64,000 nucleotides of DNA from Clostridiales bacterium. GTDB lineage: Bacteria > Bacillota > Clostridia > Christensenellales > DTU072. Each line of letters starts with the position of its first letter. Position 1 is the stretch's first letter. The notes under the pieces were generated by a model. That model searched no databases and was not told where the DNA came from. It worked only from the letters and a program-made list of their open reading frames with translations. This document shows, piece by piece, positions 8,960-18,374 of the stretch. A program made the position numbers and the translations under genes. The DNA is taken from positions 872 through 64,871 of the forward strand of contig DUON01000015.1 in assembly GCA_012838805.1 (NCBI GenBank), read 5' to 3'.

Positions 8960-9112
8960 ATTACACCCCCCAAAAAAATTTATTTTTTTAAGTAAATTAT
9001 ACATCAAAAAGCTATAAAATTCCATACTTTTTTTGTTTTCAGGCAAAAGATTGATTAAAAAGGCAGATTAAGATATAATTAATAGAAAGATAAGTCAAAA
9101 AAGGAGTTTATT

Positions 9113-11488
9113 ATGGCTTTGGATAAACACTTAAAAGTTCAAACCCAGCCCAAGACAAACGAAAATTTTATTATTAAAGGGGAAGGCTTCCGCCTTTCGG
9201 TATTGACTTCACAGCTCTTAAGGGTGGAAGTGGGCGAATTTACCGACGAGCCAACTCAGACGATATGGTTTAGGGATATCGATCGCCCCAAGTTCGCAAA
9301 AAGACAAGTGGGAAACAATTTATATATAGAGACCTTAAAAGTAAGGTTTTGCTTTAATACTAAGCTTAAGAAACTGACAAAGGTCGTTTTTATCAGCGAA
9401 GACAAGACGGTAAAATGCTTTGTTTGTAAAAACCTGAAAGGTACAAGAAGAACTTTGGATTTTACTATCGGCAAAGTACCTTTACAAAAAGGTCTTATGT
9501 CATACAACGGCGTTGCGGTACATGACGACAGCAAGTCGTTGTTGTTGATTGACGGACTGCCTGTCGCAAGGACCTCAAAATGTTCGGACAAGTACTATTT
9601 CGCCTATAATAGAGAATACCAAAATTGTCTTGTGGACTTTTTCAAATTGACGGGAAAATCCCCGCTTATCCCTCGATACGCTCTTGGCAACTGGTGGAGC
9701 CGTTACAAAGCCTATACTCAGAATGAATACATAGCCCTTATGGAGCGGTTCAAGAAGAAATCCATTCCCATAACCGTCGCCACAATAGATATGGACTGGC
9801 ATTGGGTGGATGTCCAAAATAAATTCAATTATCGCCCCATAAAAGGGAATATGGAAACGCTTAAGCCGGGCTGGACGGGTTATTCATGGAATACTGATTT
9901 ATTCCCGGACTACATGGCGTTTTTGAAATACCTTCACGAAAACAATATGAAGACCACCTTGAACCTGCACCCCGCGGACGGCGTAAGGTATTTTGAAGAT
10001 ATGTACGAAGAAATGGCACAAGAAATGGGTATAGACCCTTTGACAAAAAAGCCCGTTGAGTTTGATATCACAAACTCCAAGTTCATAAACGCATATTTTA
10101 AGATTTTACACAATCCTTACGAAAAAGACGGCGTGGACTTTTGGTGGATAGACTGGCAGCAAGGAAAAAAGACAAAGCTAAAAGGCCTTGACCCGCTTTG
10201 GGCTCTTAATCACTACCATTACTTAAACAGCCAAAGAGACTCCAGCCGTCCGCTTATTCTGTCAAGGTATGCGGGCATAGGAGGTCATCGATATCCTCTT
10301 GGCTTCTCCGGAGATTCCACCATAAAATGGTGTACTTTAAGATTTCAGCCCTACTTTACCGCTACCGCTGCCAATGTCGGGTATTTTTGGTGGAGCCATG
10401 ACATAGGCGGGCATATGCTTGGGAAAAAAGACGACGAAATGTTCTTAAGGTGGGTGCAGTTCGGCGTATTCAGCCCAATATTAAGGCTTCATTCCACCTC
10501 CCATGACCTGCAAGGCAAAGAGCCTTGGAACTATTCGGATATTGTGGAGGAATTGACGGTAAAAGCCCTGAGATTCAGGCACAGGCTGATTCCATATATC
10601 TATTCCATGAATTACTTAAGCCATAAAGACGGCGTTCCTCTTTGCAAACCCATGTATTATGACCACCCCGCTGAGTCCAAAGCCTACAAGTATAACAACC
10701 AATACTATTTTGGCACGGAACTTATCGTAGCACCCGTGGTATCAAAGATTAAGAAAAGCCTAAGTATGGCGAAAACCGATGTTTGGCTTCCCAAAGGGCG
10801 TTGGACGGATATCTTTAGCGGCAGAAAGTATACGGGAGGCAAGGTCGTATCTATGATGAGGGGCTTAAGCCAAATACCCGTTTTAGCCAAAGAAGGAGCG
10901 ATCATACCGCTATCAACAGACGGAAAGCAAAACGACTGGTCCAATCCAAGAGAGCTTTCTATATTGATATTTAGCGGTCAAAACCAATTTGAGCTTTATG
11001 AGGACGACGGGCAGACCAAGGACTATGAAAAAGGAAAATATGTCAAGACCAAGTTTTCCTTAAAAGAAGGTAATGCATTGCAGCTTACAATAAATAAAGC
11101 TGAGGGTGACTTGACCCTTGTCCCCGAGGAAAGGACATATCATCTATGCTTCAAGGACTTAGAAAAGGGCGATGTCAAAGTCTTTGTCAACAATAGCAAA
11201 ATTGACCCGAAAATTGATTTATCGGACGGCTTGAATGTGACCCTTGTTGCAAAACCCTTGGACTTTGTCAAAGTAATCATTGAAAACTTTGAAAAGAAAA
11301 CCAACGGCGACCCCTTGGAGAATGCAAGAAATATCCTTTCAAGGTATCAAAGGAAAAACATAATAAAAATGCTTATCTATAAGAGATACAAGCACATCTC
11401 CACAAAAGATAAAATGCTTGCAGCCATAAAGAGAGACCCGTTCTTACCCAAGATTGTCAAATGTGCGGTGATTGAAGCCATGGAATAG
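9113..11488 (+). CDS. Glycoside hydrolase family 31 (alpha-glucosidase/alpha-xylosidase-like)
   Basis: 791 aa. GH31-like blocks: TIDMDWHWVD, GVDFWWIDWQQG, RYPLGFSGDSTIKW and WVQFGVFSPILRLHS. Confidence 0.85.
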   Translation: MALDKHLKVQTQPKTNENFIIKGEGFRLSVLTSQLLRVEVGEFTDEPTQTIWFRDIDRPKFAKRQVGNNLYIETLKVRFCFNTKLKKLTKVVFISEDKTVKCFVCKNLKGTRRTLDFTIGKVPLQKGLMSYNGVAVHDDSKSLLLIDGLPVARTSKCSDKYYFAYNREYQNCLVDFFKLTGKSPLIPRYALGNWWSRYKAYTQNEYIALMERFKKKSIPITVATIDMDWHWVDVQNKFNYRPIKGNMETLKPGWTGYSWNTDLFPDYMAFLKYLHENNMKTTLNLHPADGVRYFEDMYEEMAQEMGIDPLTKKPVEFDITNSKFINAYFKILHNPYEKDGVDFWWIDWQQGKKTKLKGLDPLWALNHYHYLNSQRDSSRPLILSRYAGIGGHRYPLGFSGDSTIKWCTLRFQPYFTATAANVGYFWWSHDIGGHMLGKKDDEMFLRWVQFGVFSPILRLHSTSHDLQGKEPWNYSDIVEELTVKALRFRHRLIPYIYSMNYLSHKDGVPLCKPMYYDHPAESKAYKYNNQYYFGTELIVAPVVSKIKKSLSMAKTDVWLPKGRWTDIFSGRKYTGGKVVSMMRGLSQIPVLAKEGAIIPLSTDGKQNDWSNPRELSILIFSGQNQFELYEDDGQTKDYEKGKYVKTKFSLKEGNALQLTINKAEGDLTLVPEERTYHLCFKDLEKGDVKVFVNNSKIDPKIDLSDGLNVTLVAKPLDFVKVIIENFEKKTNGDPLENARNILSRYQRKNIIKMLIYKRYKHISTKDKMLAAIKRDPFLPKIVKCAVIEAME

Positions 11489-11501
11489 GAGCCAACAAGG
11501 C

Positions 11502-12299
11502 TTATTGAATTTTAACCTTTTGGGCGGCTTGGCTTTTATAAATCGTCCAGTATTTGAACCCTAAAGACAGCGCCAAGTCTTTTATTTCACTATAGCCTTC
11601 GCCCAGACGGTTTGTCTTATGGGCGTCCGAACCAAAGGTGATATTTTCTCCGCCAAGTTCATGATATCTTTTTATTATCGACATGTTGGGCATACAGATA
11701 TCGCCTTTTATATTGGCGTTTAGTTCCAAGGTCTTATCCTTTTCGATAATAGTTTTTAAGATAGTGTCAATTATGTCGGGAAAGTCCTCTCGCATTAAGA
11801 TTTTTTTCTCATAGACTGAATTTTTGGCGACATAGCCTATATGCCCTACTGTGTTATAGGGATAGGGAGCGTTTAAGCTATCCAAAACGCCCAATAGATA
11901 GTCCCCGTACGCTTCTTTCCTTTCCTTATTTTCAAAATAGGCGGGGAAGTACACATCATGATTGCCTATCGAATGCACGGAATTTATTATATAATCAAAC
12001 CTGTCAAAAGGGATATAGTCTCTATATTTGCCGTTGGCGTCTTTATGATAGCCAAGCTCCAGCCCCACCGCAAGATAAAGCCCTTTGGTCTTGTCTCTTA
12101 TCCTTTCTATCTCCTTAAGATAGCCCTCTATGTCAAGCTGCTGAAAATATTCGTACCCGTCAATTGAAAGATAATCCCAGTCACAATGGTCTGTCACGGC
12201 GACATATTCAATTTTTAAGCTCTTGGCTTTTTTGACAATGGATTCTATCCGCTGTCTTCCGTCGTGAGAATGATTGGAATGGGTATGGGTGTCTATCAT
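11502..12299 (-). CDS. PHP-domain phosphatase, HisJ-type histidinol-phosphatase family
   Basis: MIDTHTHSNHSHDG opening, VTDHCD and later GSDAH motifs. The start was moved to the ATG preceded by GAGGAGAAAAAG; the longer ORF-track start would overlap argS. Confidence 0.75.
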   Translation of the reverse strand: MIDTHTHSNHSHDGRQRIESIVKKAKSLKIEYVAVTDHCDWDYLSIDGYEYFQQLDIEGYLKEIERIRDKTKGLYLAVGLELGYHKDANGKYRDYIPFDRFDYIINSVHSIGNHDVYFPAYFENKERKEAYGDYLLGVLDSLNAPYPYNTVGHIGYVAKNSVYEKKILMREDFPDIIDTILKTIIEKDKTLELNANIKGDICMPNMSIIKRYHELGGENITFGSDAHKTNRLGEGYSEIKDLALSLGFKYWTIYKSQAAQKVKIQ

Positions 12300-12312
12300 C
12301 TTTTTCTCCTCT

Positions 12313-14007
12313 TTACATCTTTGCGGGCGCGGATATGCCAAGAAGCCTTAATCCCTCACCGATAACTGTCTTTACACACTTTGCCAGCATAAGCCTTGCG
12401 GTTTTGAGTTCGGGTTCGGCGTCGATTATTCTATGGCGATAATAGAACCTATTAAACGCTTTCGCCAAATCCACAAGGTATCTGCTGATATAGCAAGGCT
12501 CATATTTTTCTATCGTCTCAAAAAGCGACTCGGGGAATTTTTCCAAAAGCCCCACTACTTCCATAGCCTCTTTATTGTTTATGCCCTCATAGTCGGGTTC
12601 GCCCATTATACTATCGGCTTTTTCCAAAAGGCTGTTGCACCTTGCGTAAGTATACTGCACATAAGGTCCGGTCTCCCCTTCAAAACTCAATACCTTGTCA
12701 TAACTGAACACGATATCCTTTATACGGTTGTTGTAGAGCGCGGAAAAGATAACCGCCCCTACTCCCACTTTTTCCGCCGTCTCTTTCTTGTTCTTCAAAT
12801 TCGGATTTTTGCGAGCAATAATATCATATGCCTTTTTTACGGCTTTATTTAATACATCCTCCAGCAGTACGACTTTGCCTTTTCTCGTGGACATAACCCC
12901 GTCTTCAAGGGAGACCATTCCAAATGGGATATGGTAAAGCTCCCAGTCCTTGCCCATAAGTTCAAGCACCTTAAAAAACTGCTTGAAATGCAGATTCTGC
13001 TGATAAGCCACCACATAAAGACATTTATGGAAGTCATATGTCTTTTTGCGATAAAAAGCCGCCGCCAAATCCCTGGTGGCATAAAGGGTAGCCCCATCGG
13101 CTTTTACAAGCAGACAAGGGGGCATATCGTATTCGCTGAGGTCCACGACCTTTGCGCCCTCGGACTCGGTCAAAAGCCCTTTCTCTTCCAGCTCTTCAAG
13201 TACGGGCTGCATTTTATCGTTATAAAAAGCTTCGCCGTTGTAGCTGTCAAAACGCACATTTAGTCTTTCATAAACCTTATTCACCTCTTGGAGGGTGATA
13301 TCCTTAAACAGTTGAAAAAGTTCGAGCGCCTCTTTGTCACCGTCTTCTATTTTCTTAAAATATCTTCTTGCCTCATCGTCTAAAGCTTTGTCCTTTTCGC
13401 TTTCGCTATGGAATTTGACATAGAGGTCATTGAGGTATTTCACGCCTTTTTTTTCTAATAAGTCCCTATCCCCCCATCTCTTAAACGCCACGATTAGTTT
13501 ACCAAACTGTGTACCCCAGTCACCCAAATGGTTGATTCCAACCGCATTATAGCCTAATTTTTTATATACCTTATAGAGTGCGCTTCCTATGACGGTAGTC
13601 AAAAGATGACCTATATGAAAGGGTTTTGCGATATTGATTGAAGAGTAGTCAATACAGATTGTCTTACCCTTGCCCAAATCGCTGTCCCCAAAGTTTCCGC
13701 CCTTTTCTATTATATTAGCCAAAAGCGTCCGCCCCACAAAAAGCTTGTCCACATAAAAATTCACATAGCCGTTCACGGCTTCCACCTTTTTTATGGGCGG
13801 TTTGATTTTGTCTTTTATATCATCTTTTATCTGTTCGGCAATCATTTTTGGAGATTTCCTAAAAACTTTTGCAAACTGGAAACAAGGAAGGGCATAGTCT
13901 CCCATTTTGTTGTCGGGAGGAATGCTTATCAGATTATAGATATCTTTTTGGTCCATGCCCTCAATTCTTATCAACCGCGCGATTTCAAGTTTGTTGTTAT
14001 TTAGCAT
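12313..14007 (-). CDS. argS: Arginine--tRNA ligase
   Basis: 564 aa. It has a class I HIGH motif (PFHIGHL), an ArgRS-type N-terminal domain and a DALR-like C-terminus. Confidence 0.95.
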   Translation of the reverse strand: MLNNNKLEIARLIRIEGMDQKDIYNLISIPPDNKMGDYALPCFQFAKVFRKSPKMIAEQIKDDIKDKIKPPIKKVEAVNGYVNFYVDKLFVGRTLLANIIEKGGNFGDSDLGKGKTICIDYSSINIAKPFHIGHLLTTVIGSALYKVYKKLGYNAVGINHLGDWGTQFGKLIVAFKRWGDRDLLEKKGVKYLNDLYVKFHSESEKDKALDDEARRYFKKIEDGDKEALELFQLFKDITLQEVNKVYERLNVRFDSYNGEAFYNDKMQPVLEELEEKGLLTESEGAKVVDLSEYDMPPCLLVKADGATLYATRDLAAAFYRKKTYDFHKCLYVVAYQQNLHFKQFFKVLELMGKDWELYHIPFGMVSLEDGVMSTRKGKVVLLEDVLNKAVKKAYDIIARKNPNLKNKKETAEKVGVGAVIFSALYNNRIKDIVFSYDKVLSFEGETGPYVQYTYARCNSLLEKADSIMGEPDYEGINNKEAMEVVGLLEKFPESLFETIEKYEPCYISRYLVDLAKAFNRFYYRHRIIDAEPELKTARLMLAKCVKTVIGEGLRLLGISAPAKM

Positions 14008-15103
14008 TATTTATCTCCATAGCTGAAATTTTACTGTTTTGGATATTTAGTTCTGCATATTGATAATCCACAAGTCTGGAATCAAATTCCGTACAGGTCA
14101 AGATTGTCTGCAAGGGTTGGACGGCTTTCAAAAGCGCCTTTTGCCGAAAGAGGTCAAGTTCGCTCAACACATCGTCCAATAAAAGCACAGGATATTCCCC
14201 CAAGCTCTCTTTGAGCATAAATAGTTCTGCAAGCTTTAAGGATAACACCGCCGTTCTCTGCTGTCCTTGAGAGCCGAACTTGCGTATATCGATGCCGTCG
14301 GCGACTATCCTTAAATCGTCCCTATGCACGCCCCTTGAAGTATATTCAAGCTTTTTATCCTTTTCTAAAGACTCTTTATAAATTCTTGCCATACTGCCTT
14401 TTATGTCGTCAAAATCAAACTCTTCAGTCTCATAACTGATATCCAGCTGCTCTTTTCCTCTTGTGAGAAGTCGGTGCTGTTCTTTAGCGAACGGCACAAG
14501 ATTTTCAACAAACTGCTTTCTGTTTTTGACTATAAATTCCACGCAAGGGAGTATGGACTTTTCCACTACCGCAAGCATATCGTCCAGTGAAGGCTTGTCC
14601 TTATATTCCTTTAACAGCTTGTTCCTCTGCTGTAAGAGCTTGTTATACTTTATAAGCGTATAGAAATAAGTCTTGCTTTGCTGGGATAAGCTTATATCCA
14701 AAAACCTTCTTCTATCCACAGGGGATTCCTTGATAAGCTTCATCTCATTGGGAGAAAAAAACACCACATGAAGCACTCCCATAAGCTCTCCCAATCGGGA
14801 TATGGGAAGAGAATCTATGAGAATATACTTCCCTGTGGGGCTTATCGCAATTTCAATAACGCTCCTTAAGTGCTTTTTCTCTACCTCAACCTTAAGCCTT
14901 AATTGGTCTTTACCCCACCTTATCAGGTCCTTATCTTTGGTGTTTCTGGCGCTTTTACCTATTGAGGCATAATATATCGCGTCCAGAAGATTGGTCTTTC
15001 CAACGGCGTTTTTACCCTTGATAACATTAAGACCGTTATAAAAATCCACACGGGTTTTTTCATAACTTAAAAAATTATCAAGATACAGCCTTTTTACAAT
15101 CAT
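13997..15103 (-). CDS. recF: DNA replication and repair protein RecF
   Basis: Walker A GKNAVGKTNLLDAIYY, FSPNEMKLIKESPVDRRRFLD, signature GSQGQQRTAVLSLKLAE and Walker B PVLLLDDVLSELD. Start set at MIVKRLYL..., preceded by AAGGAAAAA. Confidence 0.9.
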   Translation of the reverse strand: MIVKRLYLDNFLSYEKTRVDFYNGLNVIKGKNAVGKTNLLDAIYYASIGKSARNTKDKDLIRWGKDQLRLKVEVEKKHLRSVIEIAISPTGKYILIDSLPISRLGELMGVLHVVFFSPNEMKLIKESPVDRRRFLDISLSQQSKTYFYTLIKYNKLLQQRNKLLKEYKDKPSLDDMLAVVEKSILPCVEFIVKNRKQFVENLVPFAKEQHRLLTRGKEQLDISYETEEFDFDDIKGSMARIYKESLEKDKKLEYTSRGVHRDDLRIVADGIDIRKFGSQGQQRTAVLSLKLAELFMLKESLGEYPVLLLDDVLSELDLFRQKALLKAVQPLQTILTCTEFDSRLVDYQYAELNIQNSKISAMEINNAK

Positions 15104-15111
15104 ATTTTTCC

Positions 15112-16020
15112 TTATTTGCAAAACTCGTAAGGCGTGACCTGATATACATAATAGTTCAGCCAATTATAAAAAAGCAGGTTTGCGGTAGAAGTCCAGCTCA
15201 TATCGATATTGTCTAAGTCGTCGTCAATGAAATAGTTTTTGGGTTTGTCAATATCCAAGCCCTTTGCCAAGTCCCTTAAATATTCATGCTTCAAAGTCTC
15301 TCTGTCATATTCGGAATGACCAAAGAAAAAGAACTTCTTGTCGTCTTTGGACTTGGCGATGCTTATACCGCATTCGTCGCCTACCGCCAAAACCTTAAGC
15401 ATCTTATTCCTGTATACTGCGCCCTCGTCTATCGTGGTGTGTCTGGAGTGCGGAATATTAAACCTGTCGTCCATACCTTTCAATAATAGGTCGAATTTTT
15501 CTACGGCTTTGTTTTTGAACACGCCAAACAGCTTTTTATCAAGCTGGTACTTTGTGATACCATAATGGTACTTCATGGCCGCCTGAGCCCCCCAGCATAT
15601 ATAAATAGTGCTGGTCACATTTTTATCTGCGAATTCCATAATCTCGCAAAGCTCCTGCCAATATTTTACTTCTTCATAATCAAGATTTTCCACCGGCGCT
15701 CCGGTTATTATCATACCGTCAAAAAATCTATTTTTTATTTCGGCATAGTTCTTATAGAATTTTTCCATATGCTTTTCGGGCGTGTTGGACGCCTTATAGG
15801 ATTGAGTTTTTACCAAAGTGATATTTACTTGCAGCGGCGTATTCCCCAAAAGTCTCATAAGCTGGGTTTCTGTAATAATCTTTGTGGGCATAAGGTTTAC
15901 TATTGCTATCTCGATAGGTCTTATGTCCTGGGTATCCGCCCTTTTTTTAGACATGACAAAGATATTCTCCTTGGTGAGAACATCATAAGCTGGAATCTCT
16001 TTTGGTATAAGTATGGGCAT
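15112..16020 (-). CDS. metA: Homoserine O-acyltransferase (MetA type)
   Basis: MPILIPKEIPAYDVLTKENIFVM... followed by IRPIEIAIVNLMPTKI, ICWGAQAA and GHSEYD, characteristic of MetA. Confidence 0.9.
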   Translation of the reverse strand: MPILIPKEIPAYDVLTKENIFVMSKKRADTQDIRPIEIAIVNLMPTKIITETQLMRLLGNTPLQVNITLVKTQSYKASNTPEKHMEKFYKNYAEIKNRFFDGMIITGAPVENLDYEEVKYWQELCEIMEFADKNVTSTIYICWGAQAAMKYHYGITKYQLDKKLFGVFKNKAVEKFDLLLKGMDDRFNIPHSRHTTIDEGAVYRNKMLKVLAVGDECGISIAKSKDDKKFFFFGHSEYDRETLKHEYLRDLAKGLDIDKPKNYFIDDDLDNIDMSWTSTANLLFYNWLNYYVYQVTPYEFCK

Positions 16021-16023
16021 ATT

Positions 16024-17319
16024 CTATCTCCTTTGACTTTTGTCTAACGCTTGTTGTATATCTTCAAGTATATCCTCTTCCCCCTCGATACCTACGCTTA
16101 ATCTTACCAAATTTTCGCTTATGCCACATTCCTCAAGCTGTTTGGCGTTTAGCTGCCTGTGCGTACTTGTGGCAGGGTGCAGAACTGAACTTCTGGCGTC
16201 GGCGATATGCGTTACTATATTAAAGAGCTTAAGCGCCTTTTGGAATTTGGACGCTGCCTCCCGTCCGCCTTTAATACCGAATGTCACCATGCCCGAACAC
16301 ATACACTTATCAAAATACTTTTTGGCAAGACCAAAGCTCTTGTCCTCTTCCAGACCAGCGTATCTTACCCACTCCACAGCGGGGCTGTTATGTAATAGGC
16401 GGGCTACCGCAAGTGCATTTGAGGAATGCCTTTGCATTCTCAAATGCAAGGTCTCTATTCCCATATTGGTTAAAAACGCGTTCATGGGTGCCATTTGTGC
16501 GCCGATATCCCTCATATACTGCACACGCGCTTTTGTGATATACGCCAAATCTTTGAAATCTTTAGCGTATACCATGCCGTGATAACTATTATCGGGAGTG
16601 TTAAAATCGGGATATCGGGGGTTATTTTGAAAATCAAAATTCCCTCCGTCTATAATAAGTCCGCCCAGACTGCAAGCATGACCGTCAAGGTATTTTGTGG
16701 AGGAATATACGACTATGTCCGCACCCCATTTTATAGGTCTGCATATCGCTGGGGTTATCAGCGTGTTGTCCACCATAAAAAGCACTTTATGTTTTTTACA
16801 GACCTCAGCGATTTTTTCTAAGTCCGCAACATCCATCGCCGGGTTGGCAAGCGTTTCCGCAAATACAAGCTTTGTCCTATCGTCTATATTTTTCTCCAGT
16901 TCAGATACCAAATTCTCGTCATGTTTAATAAATCTGCATTCAATCCCCAGTTTGGGCAGGGTGACGCCAAAGAGATTAAAGGTGCCGCCATATATTGTGG
17001 AAAGGCTTATTACATTATCGCCTTGACCAGCCACGGTCAGCACACCCAAGGTGATAGCCGCCATGCCGCTTGAGCATGCCATAGCACCTTTTGCGCCTTC
17101 CAAAACGGTCATCTTCTCTTCAAGAGCCCCCAGCGTGGGGTTTGAGAGTCGTGTATAAAAATATCCCGATTTCTTCAAGTCAAACAGATCTCCCATTTCT
17201 TCGGGAGTATCGTACTTAAAGGTGGTGGATTGATAAATCGGCAATACTCTTGGCTCGCCGTTTTTGGGTTTATAACCCGCCTGTACGCATTTTGTGTCGA
17301 TACTTTTCATAATGTTCAC
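16024..17319 (-). CDS. metY: O-acetylhomoserine aminocarboxypropyltransferase/sulfhydrylase (PLP-dependent, Cys/Met metabolism family)
   Basis: 431 aa. Motifs: TKCVQAGY, PIYQSTTFKYD, YSSTKYLDGH (PLP lysine region) and SVGIEGEEDILEDI. Confidence 0.85.
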   Translation of the reverse strand: MNIMKSIDTKCVQAGYKPKNGEPRVLPIYQSTTFKYDTPEEMGDLFDLKKSGYFYTRLSNPTLGALEEKMTVLEGAKGAMACSSGMAAITLGVLTVAGQGDNVISLSTIYGGTFNLFGVTLPKLGIECRFIKHDENLVSELEKNIDDRTKLVFAETLANPAMDVADLEKIAEVCKKHKVLFMVDNTLITPAICRPIKWGADIVVYSSTKYLDGHACSLGGLIIDGGNFDFQNNPRYPDFNTPDNSYHGMVYAKDFKDLAYITKARVQYMRDIGAQMAPMNAFLTNMGIETLHLRMQRHSSNALAVARLLHNSPAVEWVRYAGLEEDKSFGLAKKYFDKCMCSGMVTFGIKGGREAASKFQKALKLFNIVTHIADARSSVLHPATSTHRQLNAKQLEECGISENLVRLSVGIEGEEDILEDIQQALDKSQRR

Positions 17320-17325
17320 CTCGCC

Positions 17326-17772
17326 TTAGCTATTTTTGAAAGCCCTTTCAATCTCTCTCTTTTCCGCCTTTTCTTTCAAGGAACGCCTTTTGTCATAAAG
17401 TTCCTTGCCCCTGGCGACGCCGATTTCCACTTTGACAAGAGCCTGTTTGAAATACACTTTTGTGGGCACAAGGGTATATCCCTTTTGTTCTACTCTGCCC
17501 CGCAGTTTGTTTATTTCTCTTCTTTGCAATAAGAGCCTTCTCTGTCTTTTGGCTTCGGGATTAAAATGGCTTCCCTTTTCGTATGGGGATATATGCATAT
17601 TTATAAGAAAAACTTCTCCGCCCTTGACTATGGCGAAAGAGTCTCTTATATTGATTTTCCCCTGCCTTACGCTCTTGACCTCGCTGCCCAAAAGCTCAAT
17701 TCCCGCCTCGTATGTTTCCTCTATGAAATAGTCATGATATGCCTTTTTATTTGTGGCAACAACCTTTATCAT
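17326..17772 (-). CDS. smpB: SsrA-binding protein SmpB
   Basis: 148 aa. [27 protein letters not shown]..., with a basic C-terminal tail. Confidence 0.95.
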   Translation of the reverse strand: MIKVVATNKKAYHDYFIEETYEAGIELLGSEVKSVRQGKINIRDSFAIVKGGEVFLINMHISPYEKGSHFNPEAKRQRRLLLQRREINKLRGRVEQKGYTLVPTKVYFKQALVKVEIGVARGKELYDKRRSLKEKAEKREIERAFKNS

Positions 17773-17791
17773 CTAAATCCTCTATTTTGTA

Positions 17792-17820
17792 ATAATAGCA
17801 TATTTCCCCTCTTAAATCAA
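17792..17820 (-). promoter_or_regulatory. Sigma-A-type promoter upstream of smpB
   Basis: Minus strand: TTGATT (17820..17815), a 17-nt spacer ending in TGC, then TATTAT (17797..17792). Confidence 0.5.
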
Positions 17821-17829
17821 TTTATTTAT

Positions 17830-17855
17830 AAAAAAGCGACTAACCTCTTAGCCGC
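17830..17855 (-). terminator. Rho-independent terminator after secG
   Basis: Minus strand: GCGGCTAA-gagg-TTAGTCGC (8-bp stem with one G-U pair) followed by TTTTTTAT. Confidence 0.55.
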
Positions 17856-17887
17856 CTTTATCTCAATCTTGTTTTGTCGTTTGCCTT

Positions 17888-18169
17888 TTATAGTGAAAGT
17901 CTTTCCTTTAATATCTGAATGACAAAAAACAAGATTGAGGTGACCAGTATCATAGCCGCCACAAAAATAGTCCATCTCTTGAATTTTGCATCCAGACTTT
18001 TGGATTTGTTCTTGCCAAAAAAGGATTCCGCTCCGCCTGCGATAGCGCCTAAATTAGAGGTGTTGCCCTGCTGCAGGACAACGATAATAATCATGGCTAT
18101 GGAAAGAAGCACCATAATCGACATGAACACTATGGACAATACCGTATAAAATAAATACCAATCAAACAT
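17888..18169 (-). CDS. secG: Preprotein translocase subunit SecG
   Basis: 93 aa from MFDWYLFYTVLSIVFMSI..., with two TM segments flanking a GGAESFFGKNKS loop. GGGAG lies 8 nt upstream of this ATG, so the 36-codon ORF-track extension was discarded. Confidence 0.7.
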   Translation of the reverse strand: MFDWYLFYTVLSIVFMSIMVLLSIAMIIIVVLQQGNTSNLGAIAGGAESFFGKNKSKSLDAKFKRWTIFVAAMILVTSILFFVIQILKERLSL

Positions 18170-18315
18170 ATCATTTACTCCCATCTGTTTAGAGATGCGA
18201 AACAATTCTAACACAGAATAAATCAAATTACAAGCAAAAATCATAATTTCAAATCTTTTCTTATAGTTTTTTATCAATTTATAGCGTAGAATATTAATTA
18301 ATCATGACTACTTAT

Positions 18316-18345
18316 TTGATATTTATTGAATGGATATGTTATAAT
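18316..18345 (+). promoter_or_regulatory. Sigma-A-type promoter for the membrane-anchored esterase
   Basis: TTGATA (18316..18321), an 18-nt spacer ending in TGT, then TATAAT (18340..18345). It lies about 30 nt upstream of AAAGAGGGA and the GTG start. Confidence 0.5.
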
Positions 18346-18374
18346 TCTTTGAGTATCAAAAAAAAGAGGGACTT

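Noticed and set aside
17320-17325. tmRNA (ssrA) next to smpB, and an S-box or T-box leader before metY/metA/argS
   Set aside because: The intergenic gaps are 13 nt or less, so no structured RNA can fit. No tRNA-like or riboswitch-like sequence was seen nearby.
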